Source of the DNA: the human T2T-CHM13v2.0 reference genome, Homo sapiens | Direction: 5' to 3' (one strand) | NCBI RefSeq assembly: GCF_009914755.1 | Contig: NC_060927.1 | Length of the DNA stretch: 64,000 nucleotides | Shown here: in pieces, positions 60,290 to 64,000 of the stretch | How positions within the stretch are numbered: position 1 is the stretch's first letter | How the letters are laid out: each line of letters starts with the position of its first letter | Made by a program: the position numbers and the translations under genes | Notes under the pieces: model-generated | What the model was told of the DNA's origin: nothing | What the model saw: the letters and a program-made list of their open reading frames with translations, nothing else | Databases searched by the model: none

Positions 60290-63200
60290 GGTGGGGGAGG
60301 GGATGTGGCTAGCACTGGCCAAGAGGCTGGGGGCAGAGGTGCAGTGTGAGACTTCTAGCCTGGGTCATTTAATTCTTAGTACAAGACTCTCTAGCATTCT
60401 TCTCCCTCTGTTCCCTGCTTGGTGATACTCGAGGTAATGCAACCCCCATTAGCCTTAGTCTTAGGGCAGGTTTGATGGAAAACAGAGCATCCCATACCTC
60501 CCTGCAGATGTAGCATGAGTGAGAAAAACAACTTCTGATGTTTGAAGTTACCAAGATTTAGGAGTTGTTTGTTATTGCAGCAAAACCTCACCTATTCTGA
60601 CCAATCATGTTGGAATTTCTGTGTGTGTGTGTGTGTGAAACTGGTAGTTTAAAAAATTTCCTTCTTACCAAAAAGAAAAAAAAATTGCAACCTTATGTTG
60701 GTTCTCAAATTAAAAAAATATTTTTACTGGTTTATAAAATAGAAAAATCTGAGAATCTGTAGCTTAGAGAACTACAGTGTGGGATGTCTATAAAGACCAG
60801 GTTATTTTATCAGCTCCTAACACCCCTTAAGAAAAGCTTAGCCAAGACTTGGAATATTTCAGTCTTTCCCATTCCACATTCCATGGACCCTTGAAGAGAC
60901 ATTGATGAAATGGTGCAGCCATGAACCACCCTAACTCAATCCTAGTGGCAGAATCCCCCTTTTACTGCAGAATGAGCTTCTTGCTACAGTGATACTTGAA
61001 CCCCTTAGATATATCCTGTACTGATTATATTAAAACACGACCAATGCTTTTGCTTTGTTGTCCCCCAAATTAAACACATTAAGCATGAGAACCCAGAGAA
61101 TTGGATTTAGTGTAACTGATTCCAAAGTGTCAGTAAGAACATAATTAGGTTATATTTTTCTCCAGTTCAAATAAAAGAAAATTGACAATAAAATGCTGAT
61201 CAATATGTGTAGCTCAGGAGGTAGAGCCTGCTTTGAGATGCAGAAGTGTTTGTTTTTTTTAGATCTATATTATTGAGTAAAGAAAAAATCCATCTCTCTT
61301 TCCTAGAGGGGAAGACTTTCAGAGCTGGGCTTGGCAACAGCCTGACTATCAGAGGCTGAATTAAACAAATAGGTACCTCCCTGGAGTGAATGGTGCATTT
61401 CTCCTGTTCGGGGAACCATGCTTTTATGCTGGAGTTTGCTTTCTGTCTTGGTCTCCGGATGTGTGTATCTGTGGGTGGATGTCTGCATGTAAATGGCAGT
61501 GTATACCTGTGTGGGTGTGTACAAAATTCCCATGTGAATCTCAGCTTTGTGGGGATCTCTGGGTGTTGAGCCCAGCAGATGCCATTTGAAGAAAAATCAC
61601 TTGAAAATGAGACAGAAAGAATGGAAAATAAATCCTAGCTCTAAAGGCACCAGGCTGATTAAAAAAAAAACTCTGGATCTTCTTTGTTTTGGACTCTACC
61701 TACCTCCAAATGACATTTCTGTTTCCTATGAGATGATTAGAATGAAAGAGATCCTGAGCACGAAAGAGCAGATACTGTGTGATTGTGTGTATGTCAGCGT
61801 GTCAGCTGTGACACTGCTGACATTTTGGCTCAGCAATTTCTCTGTTCTATGTGTGGGGGTTCCCTGTGCATTTTAGGATGTTGAACGGCATCCCTGGATC
61901 CCTGGACTCACTGGATGCAGTAACACAACCCCCCCCAAGTAGAGACAAACCGCATTGTCCCCAGATATTGCCTAATGTCCCCAGGGGGCAAAATAGCCCC
62001 ATCTGAGAACTGCTGCTTTCATAAAGTACAATGTCAGGTGAAATAGGTGGAGGCTGTTTGTAGTCAGGGGTTAGTAGAGATGGAAGAGACCCCAGGAATA
62101 TCCTGGAAGGGGCTCTAATATTTTGTTTCTTGAATTGAGTGTCGGAAATATGGAGATGTTCAGGTTTTGTTGTTGTTGTTGTTTTGAGGCAGGATCTTGC
62201 TCTGTCACCCAGGGTGGAGCAAGTGGCACCGTCATGGCTCACTGCAGCCTCTGCCTCCTGGGATCAAGCAGCCCTCCCACCTCAGCCCTCCTGAGTAGCT
62301 GGAACTACAGTCATGTGCCATCACTGTTGCCTAATTTTTGTATTTATTTATTTTTTGTAGAGAGGGGGTCTCATTATGTTGCCCAGGCTGGTCTCGAGCT
62401 CCTGGGCTCAAGCAATCTGCTCACCTCGGCTTCCCAAAGTGCTGGGATGACAGGCATGAGCCACTGCGCCTGGGCAATATGTTCAGTTTGTAAGAAAAGT
62501 ACTGTGTTGACTTCTTCTATGTGCACATTTCTTTAAGTAATAATTCAATAAAGCATTTAGAAAAATTGGTCATAATAAGAGTGATTTGTAGAGTGATTGG
62601 CATGAAAGCTGATCACCTTAATTAGAACTACTCTGAAATGAGCACCAGGGGCCACCAAGAGGAGCCTTTCAAGGTGTCATAGCCAAGGAGAGGAGTGTGT
62701 TGTGTACATCTCTGCATAAAGGATTTGCTGGTTACATGGAAGGATGAAGCCTCCTTCTGAGGAGAGAGGCAGCAAAGCAAGTGGAAGCCCAAAGCATTGA
62801 GCTTTCTAAATGGACTTTGCTAAAATCCAAATGCCCATCACCAGATGAAGAGATACACCGATTGTTGTCTACCCACATGGTGGAATATTATTTGATCACA
62901 AAAAGGAGGAAACTACATACGCTACAGCGTGGATGAACCTTCAAACAGCTGAAAGATCACATTCTACATGATTTCATTCAGATGGAAATCTATAGAAATA
63001 GGAAGTCGATTAGTGGTTGCTTAGGGCTGGTAGGGGCATGGGAGGATAGGGGGTGTTAGCTAAAGAGTATGAGATTTCTTTTTGAGGTCATGAAATGTTC
63101 TAAAATTGACTGGTAATGTTTGTGTATATCTCTGAATATATTAAAAACCATTGAAATGTAAAAAATGCAAAGAAAAAACAGCCCAAGTTGCAATTTTATT

Positions 63201-63510
63201 CAACACTTAATTGGCTTTAAAAATAGATTCCAGGCTGGGCATGGTGGCTCACACCTGAATTCCCAGTGCTTTGGGAGGCTGTGGTGGGAGGATTGCTTGA
63301 GGCCAGGAGTTCCAGGCCAGCCTTGGCAACATGGCAAGACCCTGTCTGTACAAAAAAAGAAAAAATAAATATCAGCTGGGTGCAGTGGCTCACACCTGTA
63401 ATCCCAGCACTTTGGGAGGTTGAGGCGGGCAGATCACCTGACATCAGGAGTTCAAGACCAGCTTGGCCAACATGGTGAAACCCCGTCTCTACCAAAAATA
63501 TAAAATTTAG
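60290..63510. mobile_element. MLT1-like LTR (~60290-60605), MER20-like element (~61790-62030), Alu (~62165-62474 -), old L1 (~62825-63175 +), Alu monomers (~63233-63370 and ~63375-63510 +)
   Basis: Recognisable consensus segments; boundaries approximate. Confidence 0.7.
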
Positions 63511-64000
63511 CCTTTTGGTACTCTGAGCAGCACCATGGCAGTTGTTAAGAACAAGTGCCTTATGAAAGGTGGCAAAAAGGGAGTTAAGAAGAAAATAATT
63601 GATCCATTTTCTAAGAAAGATCAGTATGATGTGAAAGCACCTGCTATGTTCAATATAGGAAATATTGGAAAGACTTGGTCACCAGGACCCAAGGAACCCA
63701 AATTGCATCTGATGGTCTCAAGGGTCTTGTGTTTGAAGTGAGTCTTGCTGATGTGCAGAATGATGAAGTTGCATTTAGAAAACTCAAGCTGATTACTGAA
63801 GATGTTCAGGGCAAAAACTGCCTGACTAACTTCTATGGCATGGGTCTTTCCTGTGACAAAATATGTTCCATGTTTGAAAACTGTTCAACAATGATTGAAG
63901 CTCATGTTGATGTCAAGACTACCGATGGTTACTTCTTTCATCTGTTTTGTGTTGGTTTTACTAAAAAACACAACAATCAGATACTGAAGACGTCTTATGC
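63511..64000 (+). pseudogene. RPS3AP: Processed pseudogene of ribosomal protein S3A (runs off the window)
   Basis: 5'UTR remnant then ATG at 63535, [29 protein letters not shown]; frameshift near 63675; resumes ...[34 protein letters not shown]; intronless. Confidence 0.94.

Overview
Eukaryotic, primate (human-like) DNA, rich in Alu, L1 and LTR elements, with no intact protein-coding gene that I can support. Its content matches the OR7E-associated segmental-duplication family. From left to right: a palindromic-unit satellite array (SATR1/SATR2-like) enclosing an LTR-less ~4.1 kb HERV-E gag-pro-pol fragment; an OR7E olfactory receptor pseudogene; solo LTR5A and LTR12C elements with target-site duplications (TSDs); a truncated VPS51 retrocopy; an Alu-Alu-mediated tandem duplication (~6.2 kb + ~7.0 kb) with a CpG island in each copy; an RPS24 retrocopy; a MADE1-derived MIR548I hairpin; and the start of an RPS3A retrocopy. 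The most interesting observation is a chain of six phase-compatible GT-AG exons starting in the CpG island. They splice into a ~340-codon reading frame of a protein I do not recognise, broken only by TGA/TAG stops and one frameshift, which suggests a decayed multi-exon gene. Repeat family names and most repeat boundaries come from recalled consensus sequences and are approximate. No searches were run.
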